Assembly: GCA_964419785.1 (NCBI GenBank)
Contig: CAYQRM010000113.1
Span: forward strand, 1,376 to 65,375
DNA length: 64,000 bases
Source of the DNA: an uncultured Solibacteraceae bacterium
GTDB taxonomy: Bacteria > Acidobacteriota > Vicinamibacteria > Vicinamibacterales > SCN-69-37
Direction of reading: 5' to 3'
Shown here: positions 1 through 9,850 of the stretch, piece by piece
Layout of the letters: each line of letters starts with the position of its first letter
Position numbering within the stretch: position 1 is the stretch's first letter
Notes under the pieces: model-generated
Told to the model about the DNA's origin: nothing
Databases searched by the model: none
The model's input: only the letters and a program-made list of their open reading frames with translations
Program-made: the position numbers and the translations under genes

Positions 1-2009
1 GACGCATAGCTGTCGGCGAGATTCGTCAGCGAGATGTTCAGGACGAACGCGTTCTGCCGCAGCTCCTCACCCAGCTTGACCGAATCCTGGTACATCTCCA
101 ATTCGTCGAAGCTGTTGGCCAGATTGTGCTTGCCCGCGTAATGCTGCGGGTACAGCTCGAGCAGTTTTTGAAATGCCGCGATGCCGCGCTCGGCGGTCTC
201 TTCGTCAGCGCTGAAGTAGAAACCCTCGAGGTAGTACCGATCACGAGGCGTCAGCCGATCCTCGTGATCGAGCGCGCGCTTCGCGTACTCCGCGCGCTTG
301 TCCAGGCGCCGGAGGTTGTTCTCGGCCGCCGCCAGCCGCGCCATCGCAAGCGCGAAGGTGGGATCGACGGCGATCGCCTGGAGGAGCAACGGCTCGGCCT
401 CGCGCGGCCTGCCGCTCTCGAGGAGCGCGACACCTTGCGCGTACGGCCGATACGCGTCAATTGAAGACGTCGTGACCTCCTGCAGGTCGCGGTAGAGGCC
501 GGAACTCGTGGGCGTGAGCCGGTTCGATGCGCCAGGCGGCGCCATGGCCACGGTCGGCATCGCCACCGCGCCGGCAAAATGCGTCTGCAGCCGGCGCGTC
601 AAATCGTCGACCGTTGGAAAGAGATTCGCCTCGCCCGCGGCCTCCAGGTGATCCGCGATGACGATTCTCCCGCTCTCGGCCTCCTGCAGCGTGATATTGA
701 TGCGAATCGTGTCTCCAGCTTTCACGTAGTTGCCGACGAGCACGTGCTGCACGCCGGCGAGTCGTGCGACCTCCCGCACGGTGTCGAACGAAATGACCGC
801 GTCGTTCTGCCGCTTCAGCGAGCTCAGGATCTGGTACAGCCGGTCAGTGCCCAGCACTTCCATGTCCGGCGATTGCGACAGGTCGGTCACCACCATGTCG
901 GTCAGCCCCGTGCGCAGCCAGTCGAGCTGCGGACTGCCCGTGTTGTTCTGGAAATACAACACCGCGACCGAAGGCCGCCCGCCCGGTGCGATGGGCGGCG
1001 GTGCGGCGGGAGCGCGGTGCATCCACCAGTAGCCCAGCCCGGCGGCCGCGACGATGACCGCCGCGAGCCACGGGATCGTGGCGGACCAGCGGGACTCCGG
1101 CGCGACCGGCGCTGCCGCGCCGGCGACTGTCGAGCTCAGCGGGGAGTCGAGCCGCCGCCGTGCGTCACGAAGATCGACGACGAGATCGCGTGCGGTTTGA
1201 TAGCGCGCGGCCGGATCCTTCGTGAGGCACTTATCGAGAATCCTCTGCAGATCGTCGCGCTCGGCGACGGGCGCGTTCGTGCCGGCGAGCGTCAACGGCG
1301 GCGTCGGATCGTGGACGATCGCGTGCAAGGTGTCGACGTAGCTTGGCGCCTGGAACGGCAATCGGCCGCTGAGCATCTGGTACAGCACGACGCCAAAGCT
1401 GAAAATGTCGGACCGCGCGTCGAGTTTGGCGCCACGCGTTTGCTCGGGCGACATGTAGGCGGCCGTGCCCTTGATGCTGCCGAGATCCGTTGACGCCGCG
1501 ATCGTCGCCGCCTCGGGCGTCGTCTCCGATTCGATCGCCTTCGCGAGGCCGAAATCGATGATCTTGGCGTGGCCGTCGTCGGTGACCATCACGTTCGCGG
1601 GCTTGAGATCGCGATGGATCACGCCCTGGTCATGCGCCCGCGCGAGACCTTCTGCGATTTCCGCCGCGAGCTCGAGCGCGCGCGATGGCGTCAGAGCATG
1701 GCGCCCGATCAGGCTGGCCAGCGACTCGCCGCGCACGAGCTCCATCGCGATGAAGCTCACGCCATCCGCCTCGCCGACCTCGTGGATGACGCCGATGTGC
1801 GCGTGCTCGAGCTGTGACGCGGTCTGCGCCTCTCGCAGGAAACGCCGGCGCCGATCGGGATCGCTCACGACCTCGGGAGGCAGAACCTTGAGCGCGACCT
1901 CGCGGTTGAGCGTCGTGTCGAGGGCGCGATAGACGACGCCCATCCCGCCGCGGCCGATTTCTCCCAGAATCTGATACCGTCCGACGATCTGGCCGACGAG
2001 CGATTCCAT
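1..2009 (-). CDS. Hanks-type Ser/Thr protein kinase with TM segment and long extracytoplasmic C-terminal region (3' end beyond window start)
   Basis: The reverse frame is open from the ATG (complement of 2007-2009) to base 1, so it is absent from the ORF track. My translation reads MESLVGQIVGRYQILGEIGRGGMGVVYRA..VALKVL..HRDLKPANVMV..IIDFGLAKA (GxGxxG, VAxK, HRDLKPxN, DFG). A TM segment IPWLAAVIVAAAGLGYWW follows, and the translation ends ..NISLTNLADSYAS at base 1. Confidence 0.9.
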   Translation of the reverse strand, partial: MESLVGQIVGRYQILGEIGRGGMGVVYRALDTTLNREVALKVLPPEVVSDPDRRRRFLREAQTASQLEHAHIGVIHEVGEADGVSFIAMELVRGESLASLIGRHALTPSRALELAAEIAEGLARAHDQGVIHRDLKPANVMVTDDGHAKIIDFGLAKAIESETTPEAATIAASTDLGSIKGTAAYMSPEQTRGAKLDARSDIFSFGVVLYQMLSGRLPFQAPSYVDTLHAIVHDPTPPLTLAGTNAPVAERDDLQRILDKCLTKDPAARYQTARDLVVDLRDARRRLDSPLSSTVAGAAAPVAPESRWSATIPWLAAVIVAAAGLGYWWMHRAPAAPPPIAPGGRPSVAVLYFQNNTGSPQLDWLRTGLTDMVVTDLSQSPDMEVLGTDRLYQILSSLKRQNDAVISFDTVREVARLAGVQHVLVGNYVKAGDTIRINITLQEAESGRIVIADHLEAAGEANLFPTVDDLTRRLQTHFAGAVAMPTVAMAPPGASNRLTPTSSGLYRDLQEVTTSSIDAYRPYAQGVALLESGRPREAEPLLLQAIAVDPTFALAMARLAAAENNLRRLDKRAEYAKRALDHEDRLTPRDRYYLEGFYFSADEETAERGIAAFQKLLELYPQHYAGKHNLANSFDELEMYQDSVKLGEELRQNAFVLNISLTNLADSYA

Positions 2010-2080
2010 GCCGACGCTATGCTACTCGCCCCGGCGCTCGTCGCGCCACGGGAGTAGGATGCGTGCACCAGGAGGCAGCG

Positions 2081-3379
2081 ATGGCTCAACCATTCGGACG
2101 ACGAACATTCCTGACGCGGGTGGCACTCGGGAGCGCGGCGGGCTTTCTGCCGTCCGTCGTCTGGGCGCGCCAGTTCGCGCCGCTCGACGTGCCGACGTTC
2201 AAGCCGTCCGCGGCGGACGCTGATGAGCACCTCTTCGCGGCCGCGCGACGCGAATTCCTCTTTCCTCCGGACGTCACGTACTGCAACACCGGCACGCTCG
2301 GCGCCTCGCCGCGCGAGGTGGTCGCGACGCTCACGCGCGGCACTGAACGGCTAGAGCGCGAGCTGCCCGACTGGCCGTACTTCCAGGCCGATGGCGAGCC
2401 GCTGACCGGCTATCAGCCCCTCGTCGACATCCGCGGCCACGTCGGCGCCTTGATCGGCGCGGCCAGCGATGAAATCGCGCTCACCACGAACGCGACGATG
2501 GGAATGAGCTTCCTCGCGAACGGAATCGATCTGACGTCGGGCGACGAGATCGTGACGACCGACCAGGAGCACAGCGGCGGCATCGGCGGCTGGCAGCTTC
2601 GCGGCAAGCGGCACGGCGTCGTCGTCAAGCAAGTGCCGATTCTCGACGCAGTAGCGGGCGGTCCGGACGCGATCGTGCAGCAGTTCGCGGCGGCGATCAC
2701 GCCGCGAACGAAGGTCGTGATGTTCAGTCAGATCACATCCGGCCTTGGCATGCTCCTGCCCGCCAAGGCGTTGTGCGCGCTCGCGCACGATCGCGGCGCG
2801 CTCGCTGTTGTCGACGGCGCGCAGGTGCTCGGACAACGGCGGGTCGACGTCAAGGACCTTGGCTGCGACGCCTACGTGACGAGCCCGCACAAATGGATGC
2901 TGGCGCCGAAAGGCACGGGCATTCTGTACATCAAGCGCGATGTGCAGCATCGATTCTGGAACACGCTCGCGAGCTCGGCGTTCGATGACGAGACAACCGG
3001 CGCGTTTCGATTCATGCACTACGGCACGGGCAGCGTGCCCGTCGTCGAAGGCTTCGTGGCCGCGATCGACTTCATGACGCGCATCGGTCTCGAGCGGATC
3101 GAGCGCTGGGATCTGATGCTCGCGAATCGACTGCGCGATGGCCTGGCGAAGATTCCGCACGCGCGCCTGTCGTCGCCAGGCGATCGTCGCTTCGCGTCTG
3201 CGATCACGACGTTCGCCGTCGCGGGCAAGACGGGCCGCGAGCTCCAGGACGCGCTGTGGGCAAAGAAGATTCGCGTGCGCGCGCAAGGCGGCGACCGCGG
3301 CGTCCGTCTGTCCGCGCACCTCTACGTCAGTCCGGCCGACATCGATCGCACGGTCGACGTCGTGCGCTCGATGGCCTGA
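2081..3379 (+). CDS. Class-V aminotransferase / cysteine-desulfurase-like PLP enzyme with twin-arginine signal
   Basis: From ORF 2063..3379. The ATG at 2081 is preceded by GGAGG (2071-2075). Tat motif GRRTFLTRVALGSAAG is present, and the PLP-lysine context is YVTSPHKWMLAPKG. Confidence 0.85.
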   Translation: MAQPFGRRTFLTRVALGSAAGFLPSVVWARQFAPLDVPTFKPSAADADEHLFAAARREFLFPPDVTYCNTGTLGASPREVVATLTRGTERLERELPDWPYFQADGEPLTGYQPLVDIRGHVGALIGAASDEIALTTNATMGMSFLANGIDLTSGDEIVTTDQEHSGGIGGWQLRGKRHGVVVKQVPILDAVAGGPDAIVQQFAAAITPRTKVVMFSQITSGLGMLLPAKALCALAHDRGALAVVDGAQVLGQRRVDVKDLGCDAYVTSPHKWMLAPKGTGILYIKRDVQHRFWNTLASSAFDDETTGAFRFMHYGTGSVPVVEGFVAAIDFMTRIGLERIERWDLMLANRLRDGLAKIPHARLSSPGDRRFASAITTFAVAGKTGRELQDALWAKKIRVRAQGGDRGVRLSAHLYVSPADIDRTVDVVRSMA

Positions 3380-3382
3380 CCG

Positions 3383-6300
3383 TCACGAGCCCGAGAGCGT
3401 CAGCGCCGTCAGGCCCGCCGCCTTCAACTTCAGGTTCACGGCCGGCAAGTCAACGGTCTTGATCGTCGTCCACTTCGTCATGACGGACGTCGCGGCCACC
3501 TGCGCGCGATTGATCGCGTCGACCGACACGGCGGTCGGCGGCACGTCCGCGCCCTGCAGCGAGTTCATCACCGCCGCGAGACCGGCTTCGGCGGAGGTCA
3601 GCGTCGGTGGCGCCTCGGGGCTAGCCGCGGCAGCTGGCGCGCCGGCCGCGCGACCTCGCCCGCTTCGTCCACCACCGCCACCAGCGCCGCCTGCGTCGCT
3701 CGCAAGGTCCGCGATCTTGCGATCGAGTGCGGCGAGCGCCGTGCCGGCGTCGCCGGACGCCTGCGAGGCGAGCCCGGCGATCTGCAAGCGCAGCGACGCC
3801 GCTTGTCGTGCCGCCGCCTGCACATCCACCGCACCGTTATACGCGGCACGCGTAAGCGTGTAGAGCTGCTGCATGGCGAGCGCGGGCGTCTTCACGCGGG
3901 GATCCTGCTTCACCGTGATCTGTTGGGGGTACGTTTTGCCGCCGACGCCGAGCGTCACGGTGTACGTGCCGGGATTCACCCACGGCGCCGAGGCCGCGGG
4001 CACGGTGTTGAACGGCACCGCGGCGATCGGCAGTCCGCCGCCCGCTCCGCCGCCGCCGAGCGGTTGGTAGTGAACGTCCCACGTGAACCGGTGCATCCCC
4101 GGTTCGGTCGAGAGCGATTGAACGGGACGGTACCAATACAGCGGCAGCGGTGCGGTCTCGAGCGTGGGCGCCGGCGGTACGGGATCGTCGCTCGAGTACC
4201 GTCGCACCACGCGGCCGTCCGCAGAGGTGATCGTCAACGTCACTGGGCCGCTCGCGCGCGACTTCAGGTAGTAGTTGATGATCGCGCCCTCGGGCGGATT
4301 CGGCAGCGTCGGTTCGTCTGGCGGCAGTGGCGTGTCTGTGTTGGTGTTCCAACGCACGCGCCATGCTGTTGTCGGCTTGAACAGCACGGCATCCGCGTCG
4401 GCCGTGCGCGCGTCGATCTGACGAAGCGGCGTGATGTCATCGAGAATCCAGATGCCGCGTCCGTGCGTGCCGACCACCAGGTCGTCATCCTTGATGATCA
4501 AATCGCGGACCGACGATGCCGCCATGTTGAGGCGCAGCGATTGCCAGTGATCGCCGTCGTCGAACGACACGTAGACCTGCGTCTCCGATCCGGCGAACAG
4601 CAGCCCCTTCTTCTTGGGATCTTCGCGGATGACGCTCACCGGCGCGCCGCCGGGAATGCCGTTGTTGATTTCCGTCCACGTCCTGCCGCCGTCGTGCGTG
4701 CGGAAGAGATGCGGATTCATGTCGTCGATGCGCAGGGTGTTGACGGCAGCGTACGCGGTCCGCGCGTCGAACCGGCCGGGGTCGACGGTGAACACCTTCC
4801 AGTAGGAACTGAGCGCCGGCGGCGTCACATCGGTCCAGTGCAGTCCGCCGTCGGCCGTCGTCTGGATCAGGCCATCGTCGGTGCCCACCCAGATGCGATT
4901 GATGTCGACGTACGACGGCCCGATCGTGTAGATGACGCGCGCGCCGTTGCTGTCGGCTTGATTCGAGGCCTGCGCGGTGTACTTGCCGACGCTCTTTGGC
5001 ACGTCATGCGTCTTGCGCGTGAGGTCGGGACTGATCTTGGTCCAGTGCACGCCGCCGTCGACCGTCTTCCACAGATAGTTGTTGGCGAAGAACAGCGCGT
5101 GCGGGTCCGGCACCGAGAAGACTACCGGCTGCGTGCGGACCGTGCGGTACTCCGGCGTGCCGGGCGGGACCGGAAGCCCGCGACCGCCGCCGACCGGGCT
5201 CACGCTCGAGACCTGTCCGGTACGGCGATCGTACCGCGTGATCTTGCCGCCGTAGACGACGTCGGGATCGAGCGGATCGGGCGCGGCGTAGCCGTACTCT
5301 TCGACGCCGACCGGATGCCATTCGCGAAACGTGATCTGCCCGTCGTTGCCGCGGCTCGCGACGCACGTCGAGCCGCTGTCCTGCTGGCCGCCGCACACGC
5401 GATAGGGAAACGCGTTGTCCGCCATGACGTGATAGAGCGCCGCAGTCGATTGCGTGTACCACGAGCTCCACGACTGGCCGCCGTTGAGCGTCACGACCGC
5501 GCCCTGGTCCGATACCAGCAGGATGATGTTGGGATCGTTCGGATTGATCCACGCGTTCTGGTAGTCGTCGCCGCCCGGCGCGCCTTTGAACGGCACGAAC
5601 GTCTTCGCGCCGTCGGTCGACTTGTACGTCACCACGTCGGTGACGATGAGCGTGTCCGCGTCTTTCGGATCGACGATCGGCACCGACTCGACGACGCGAC
5701 TGGCCGGCCGCGCGTCGGTCGTTGATCGCGCCCACGTCTCGCCGCCGTCGTCGGATCGATAGATTCGCGGGTTCGGCTGCGGCGCGTCGCCGCCCGGCCC
5801 GCCTCGTCCGCCACGGCCACCGCCGCGGCCCCCGCCGGCGCCCCGCCCACCGGGCGCATCCGGATCCGCGCCGGCTTCGATCAACGCATACAGTCGCTTC
5901 GGATTGCTCGGCGCGACGGCGAGCTCGGCGTTCACGATCGGCGGCAGACCGTTCGTGAGCTGCGTCCAATTCGCGCCGCCATCGGTGGACTTGAAAATGC
6001 CGCCGCCGGTGCCGCTCCACGCGCCGTTCTCCCACGGCCCCTGCCGCGATTCCCAGAGCGTCGCGTAAATCGTGTCGGGATTCTGCGGATCGATATCGAC
6101 GTCCTTCGCGCCTGTGTCCACGTCCTTGTAGAGGACCTTCTGGAACGTCTGCCCACCATCGAGCGAGCGAAACACGCCGCGCTCCTCGTTCGGGCCGTAC
6201 GGATGCCCAAGCACCGCGACGAACAGACGATTTGGATTTCTGGAGTCGACGACGATCTTGGGGATTTGCTGACCGTCGCGCAGGCCCGGCAGATGCGTCC

Positions 6301-6712
6301 AGGTCTTGCCGGCGTCAGTGGATTTGTAGATACCGTCGCCGACCGACAGATCCGGTCGCTGCAAGCCCTCGCCGCTCGCGACGTAGACGACGTTTGGATC
6401 GGAGGGAGCGACGGTGACCCAGCCGACTGAGCCGGTCGGCTGGGCGTCGAAGAGCGGCTTCCACGTCCGTCCCGCGTCGGTCGTCTTCCACACACCGCCA
6501 TTCGTGGCACCGATGTAGAAGGTGTACGGCTGACTCGGCACGCCGGCCGCGGCCTTGGTGCGCCCCGCGCGCAGCGGGCCGATGTTGCGCCATCGCATTT
6601 CAGCAAACAGCGACGGCGGGACCGGCCCGCCTTGCCGGGCCGGCACGACGGGCGAGCCGAGCCAGACGGCGCACACGAACAACGCAAGCGAGCACACGCG
6701 GCGGTACGTCAT
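3383..6712 (-). CDS. Secreted BNR/Asp-box beta-propeller protein (sortilin/VPS10-like), paralogue 1
   Basis: 1109-aa ORF. The ATG at 6712 has GGAGG upstream, and a signal peptide is present. Asp-box motifs repeat: YKSTDAGKTW, FRSLDGGQTF, FKSTDGGANW, YRSDDGGETW, YKSTDGAKTF, WKTVDGGVHW, FRTHDGGRTW, SFDDGDHW. The protein is paralogous to 12116..15037 and 33688..37092. Confidence 0.85.
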   Translation of the reverse strand: MTYRRVCSLALFVCAVWLGSPVVPARQGGPVPPSLFAEMRWRNIGPLRAGRTKAAAGVPSQPYTFYIGATNGGVWKTTDAGRTWKPLFDAQPTGSVGWVTVAPSDPNVVYVASGEGLQRPDLSVGDGIYKSTDAGKTWTHLPGLRDGQQIPKIVVDSRNPNRLFVAVLGHPYGPNEERGVFRSLDGGQTFQKVLYKDVDTGAKDVDIDPQNPDTIYATLWESRQGPWENGAWSGTGGGIFKSTDGGANWTQLTNGLPPIVNAELAVAPSNPKRLYALIEAGADPDAPGGRGAGGGRGGGRGGRGGPGGDAPQPNPRIYRSDDGGETWARSTTDARPASRVVESVPIVDPKDADTLIVTDVVTYKSTDGAKTFVPFKGAPGGDDYQNAWINPNDPNIILLVSDQGAVVTLNGGQSWSSWYTQSTAALYHVMADNAFPYRVCGGQQDSGSTCVASRGNDGQITFREWHPVGVEEYGYAAPDPLDPDVVYGGKITRYDRRTGQVSSVSPVGGGRGLPVPPGTPEYRTVRTQPVVFSVPDPHALFFANNYLWKTVDGGVHWTKISPDLTRKTHDVPKSVGKYTAQASNQADSNGARVIYTIGPSYVDINRIWVGTDDGLIQTTADGGLHWTDVTPPALSSYWKVFTVDPGRFDARTAYAAVNTLRIDDMNPHLFRTHDGGRTWTEINNGIPGGAPVSVIREDPKKKGLLFAGSETQVYVSFDDGDHWQSLRLNMAASSVRDLIIKDDDLVVGTHGRGIWILDDITPLRQIDARTADADAVLFKPTTAWRVRWNTNTDTPLPPDEPTLPNPPEGAIINYYLKSRASGPVTLTITSADGRVVRRYSSDDPVPPAPTLETAPLPLYWYRPVQSLSTEPGMHRFTWDVHYQPLGGGGAGGGLPIAAVPFNTVPAASAPWVNPGTYTVTLGVGGKTYPQQITVKQDPRVKTPALAMQQLYTLTRAAYNGAVDVQAAARQAASLRLQIAGLASQASGDAGTALAALDRKIADLASDAGGAGGGGGRSGRGRAAGAPAAAASPEAPPTLTSAEAGLAAVMNSLQGADVPPTAVSVDAINRAQVAATSVMTKWTTIKTVDLPAVNLKLKAAGLTALTLSGS

Positions 6713-6751
6713 GGACGCCTCCAGGCGACGAAGCGCCGCGAGTATACCGCC

Positions 6752-7519
6752 CTACTGCTCGACGATTCGCACCGTCCAGAAGTCGGCCGCGAGGTTATCG
6801 TCCGTGAGATAGGCGTACGGGATCGTGAAGAAGCCTTTCTTGCCCCAGTCGGTGCCCCACGAGTTCATGACGGTGAAGCGCTGTTTGCCGTCGTCGTAGC
6901 CAACCGCAAGCACGGCGTGGCCGCCCAGCGTCTTCTCACCCGGTGCCGGGAGGTTGACCTCTCCGGACTTGGCGACCGCCGGCGATTCGAAACTTTCGTA
7001 CACCGTGAAGCCGAAGACAAACGGGAAGCCCGACGCGAGGCAGCCCTTCATCTGCGTCAACGTTTGCGTCACGCGCTGGTACGACAGTGCTTGATGCTCG
7101 AGCGCGTCCTTGAAACACGCGGCGGTCGGCTTGTTCGCGAACTTCGCGATGTTGTACGGCCACTCGGCCTCGTCGCACACGCCGAGCTGCGCGATGCTCT
7201 TGATGCCATCGCGAATCATCGCGCCAGCATCTTCATTCACCGTGCCCTCCATGTCGCGCTCGTTGTAGTAGATGAACAGGCGCGAGGGCGCGAACGACTT
7301 GCCCTTGGCCTGCTTCATCTGATCGAAGCGATGCGCGTTGGCGATCGAATTGGCGGTGCAGCTGCCGAGCTGACCTTGATTCAGCACGGGCGGACAGCTC
7401 GAGCGAAGATCGGCTGACGCCGGCATCGCGCCGAGCAGCGGAATCGGCGCCGAGTAGACATGATCTCTGGCGTCGGGAAGATCAGGAACCCAACCGAATT
7501 TCTTGATGCGACGAGGCAT
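6752..7519 (-). CDS. Papain-family (C1) cysteine peptidase
   Basis: From ORF 6752..7600. The internal ATG at 7519 is preceded by AAGGGGGAG. Catalytic motifs are QGQLGSCTANS (Cys), GGHAVLAVGY (His) and NSWGTDWG. Confidence 0.85.
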   Translation of the reverse strand: MPRRIKKFGWVPDLPDARDHVYSAPIPLLGAMPASADLRSSCPPVLNQGQLGSCTANSIANAHRFDQMKQAKGKSFAPSRLFIYYNERDMEGTVNEDAGAMIRDGIKSIAQLGVCDEAEWPYNIAKFANKPTAACFKDALEHQALSYQRVTQTLTQMKGCLASGFPFVFGFTVYESFESPAVAKSGEVNLPAPGEKTLGGHAVLAVGYDDGKQRFTVMNSWGTDWGKKGFFTIPYAYLTDDNLAADFWTVRIVEQ

Positions 7520-7631
7520 AGCTCCCCCTTCTACGGGTAGCGGCGAGCCGGAACGCGCGGGGAGCGATCGCGGAGCGTGCGATTGTATGGAAGAGCCCAA
7601 CGAGGCGCAAGGCTGATCGATTGGCCAATGC

Positions 7632-8510
7632 TCAGCGCGCCCGCGCTAACGGCCGCGTGAGACACGTCGGCCCTCCGCCTCCTTTCAAGCTGATTTCTCG
7701 ACCTTCGTACTCGGTGACTGCCGCACCTGCGCGCTCGAGCCGTGCGCGCGTGAGCGGATTGCCGGCCACCATCAGGCACTGCCGAGGACCGAGCGCGAGC
7801 ACATTCGCGCCCAACGAGTCGAACTCCTCGTCGGGCACTTCAACGAACGCATAACCAAGGGCGATCAATTGCTCTCGAAACGGGACGGGCAGCAGCGGCG
7901 CGTAGACCACGGCGAGGTCGCGATCGACCGGACTGATGATCGACATCAGATGGAAGACATCCACCGGACCGCGCCAGTGCGGCAGCGGCACGACAATGAG
8001 CTCGTCGATGGCCGCGCCGGCAAGGGCGCGAAGCTGCCGAATGCCCTCGTCGTTGGTGCGGTAGCCGCGCCCGACCGCAAGCGTCCGCGGGCCCAGCCAG
8101 ACGACGTCGCCGCCCTCGAGGCTGCCCGGGGGCTCGATCGCGCCGAGGACCGGCACGCCGAGCGCGGTGAGTGCTTCGCCTTGCGCCGCTGGCTCCCCCG
8201 CTCGCAGCGCCTTGCCCATCCGGCAGAGAATCGCGCCGCGATCGCAGATGACCGAGGCGTCGCGGACGTAAATTGAATCGAGACCGGCGTCGCGCGCCGA
8301 AGGAAGATAGTCCACGCGCGCTCCAGTCGAAGCCAGCGCCTGGGCGAACCGATCGTATTCGACGATCGCGCGATCGAACTCGGGCGCGTGCGTGAAGTTC
8401 AGCGCCTGCCACTCGGCCGCGATCGTGTCGGCGCCGCCAAACGCGTCGCGCGCGTGTTTGAGCACGACGCGCGTGAGCTGCCCGACTTCCGTCTGCGCCG
8501 TCGACGCCAC
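7632..8510 (-). CDS. Amidinotransferase-fold guanidino-modifying enzyme (dimethylarginine dimethylaminohydrolase / arginine deiminase-like, COG1834 type)
   Basis: 292-aa ORF with a GTG start 1 nt after the upstream permease stop. The C-terminal nucleophile motif is KGGGGPTCLTRPL, with HLMSIISPV upstream of it. Confidence 0.75.
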   Translation of the reverse strand: MASTAQTEVGQLTRVVLKHARDAFGGADTIAAEWQALNFTHAPEFDRAIVEYDRFAQALASTGARVDYLPSARDAGLDSIYVRDASVICDRGAILCRMGKALRAGEPAAQGEALTALGVPVLGAIEPPGSLEGGDVVWLGPRTLAVGRGYRTNDEGIRQLRALAGAAIDELIVVPLPHWRGPVDVFHLMSIISPVDRDLAVVYAPLLPVPFREQLIALGYAFVEVPDEEFDSLGANVLALGPRQCLMVAGNPLTRARLERAGAAVTEYEGREISLKGGGGPTCLTRPLARAR

Positions 8511-8511
8511 G

Positions 8512-9843
8512 TCATCGTCCTCGTGCCGCGCCCGGCCGCCGCACCCAAACGTACACGGGCAGCCCAGCCAGCAGCAGCAAGAATCCCCAGAAGACGACGT
8601 TCGCGCCGGCGCCGACGATCGCGCCGAACGAAAAGAGGAACGCGACGATCGCGAGGACGATGTCGCGCGTGGCCGGGCGGGTCTGTCCGGGCGGTGTGAT
8701 CAGGAGGCCCGCCAAGGCGCAGAAGACGTACGGAACGAGCACGGCAAGCGTGGCCAGCAGGATGATGAACGTGAAGAGATCGACCAGGCTCTTCGTGTAG
8801 TTCATCCAGATCAGTCCGGTCGTGAGAATGCCGGCGACGACCATGCCGAACGCCGGCGTGCCGTGTCGCGAGAGGCGCCCGAATCTCGCCGGCCACAGGC
8901 CATCACCGGCAAACGCCACGGGCAGCTGGCCGACGATCAGAATCCAGCCGTTGAGCGCGCCGAAGCACGAGATCGCCGCACCGACCGCCACAGCTGCCGC
9001 CGCGCCGTTGCCCAGCACGACGCGCGCTGCGTCGGCAAAGGGCGCGGTCGATTTGGCGAGCTCAGACGGCGCGAGCAGGCTCATAACACCCACGGTGCTC
9101 GCGATGTAGATGCCGGCCGCGATGAGCGTGCCGATGATCGTGGCGCGCGGAATCGTGCGATCAGGATCGCGCACGAGCGCCGCGGGAATGGTCGCCGCCT
9201 CCAGACCGATGAGCGCGAACATCGTCAGCGTGGTCGTCGCGATCACGCCTTGACCGAGCGCGCTCGGACTGGTGTCGGCGATCGCAAAATGCGCGGCATG
9301 AAACGACAGCAGCCCCGCGCAGCCAACGACAAAGAGCGGCAGCACTTTGAGCAGCGTCGTGACGACCTGGACGCGGCCGGCGAGTCGCACGCCCCGGATG
9401 TTGACGAACGTGAACAGCCAGACGATCGCCGACGCGACGAGCGCGGCCATCACGGGCCTGGCGACGACCGACGGGATGAACGGGCGCAGATAGCCGACGC
9501 CGGCGACCGACAACGCCGCATCCGCCGTCCAGATCGAAATCCAGTACCCCCAGCCGATCAGAAAGCCGGCGAAGTCGCCGAAGGCGTGACGCGTGTACGC
9601 GTACGGACCGCCCGCCGCCGGATCGATCCGCGCGAGCCGCGCGAACACCAGTGCGAGCACCGTCGCGCCGGCCGCAGACACGACCCAGCCGATGAGCGCG
9701 ACGCCGCCGAAACCGGCCAGCGATGCGGGCAGCAGGAACACGCCCGATCCGATCATGCTGCCGACGACGAGCGAGATCGCCGTGGCGAGCCCGAGCTCGC
9801 GGCGCGCGGGCGGCGCGTCCGTGACCGGCGACGAGGCCGTCAC
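8512..9843 (-). CDS. APC-superfamily amino acid permease
   Basis: 443-aa polytopic ORF (about 12 hydrophobic segments). N-terminal signature LVVGSMIGSGVFLLPASLA. GTG start. Confidence 0.85.
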   Translation of the reverse strand: MTASSPVTDAPPARRELGLATAISLVVGSMIGSGVFLLPASLAGFGGVALIGWVVSAAGATVLALVFARLARIDPAAGGPYAYTRHAFGDFAGFLIGWGYWISIWTADAALSVAGVGYLRPFIPSVVARPVMAALVASAIVWLFTFVNIRGVRLAGRVQVVTTLLKVLPLFVVGCAGLLSFHAAHFAIADTSPSALGQGVIATTTLTMFALIGLEAATIPAALVRDPDRTIPRATIIGTLIAAGIYIASTVGVMSLLAPSELAKSTAPFADAARVVLGNGAAAAVAVGAAISCFGALNGWILIVGQLPVAFAGDGLWPARFGRLSRHGTPAFGMVVAGILTTGLIWMNYTKSLVDLFTFIILLATLAVLVPYVFCALAGLLITPPGQTRPATRDIVLAIVAFLFSFGAIVGAGANVVFWGFLLLLAGLPVYVWVRRPGAARGR

Positions 9844-9850
9844 GCGTGCA

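Noticed and set aside
7620-7629. Short perfect palindromes in spacers: ATTGGCCAAT (7620-7629) after the DDAH-like gene, and GGCAAGG-A-CCTTGCC (22893-22907) upstream of the PEGA gene.
   Set aside because: They are too short and isolated to distinguish from chance or weak terminators. There are no repeats of the motif and no U-tracts.
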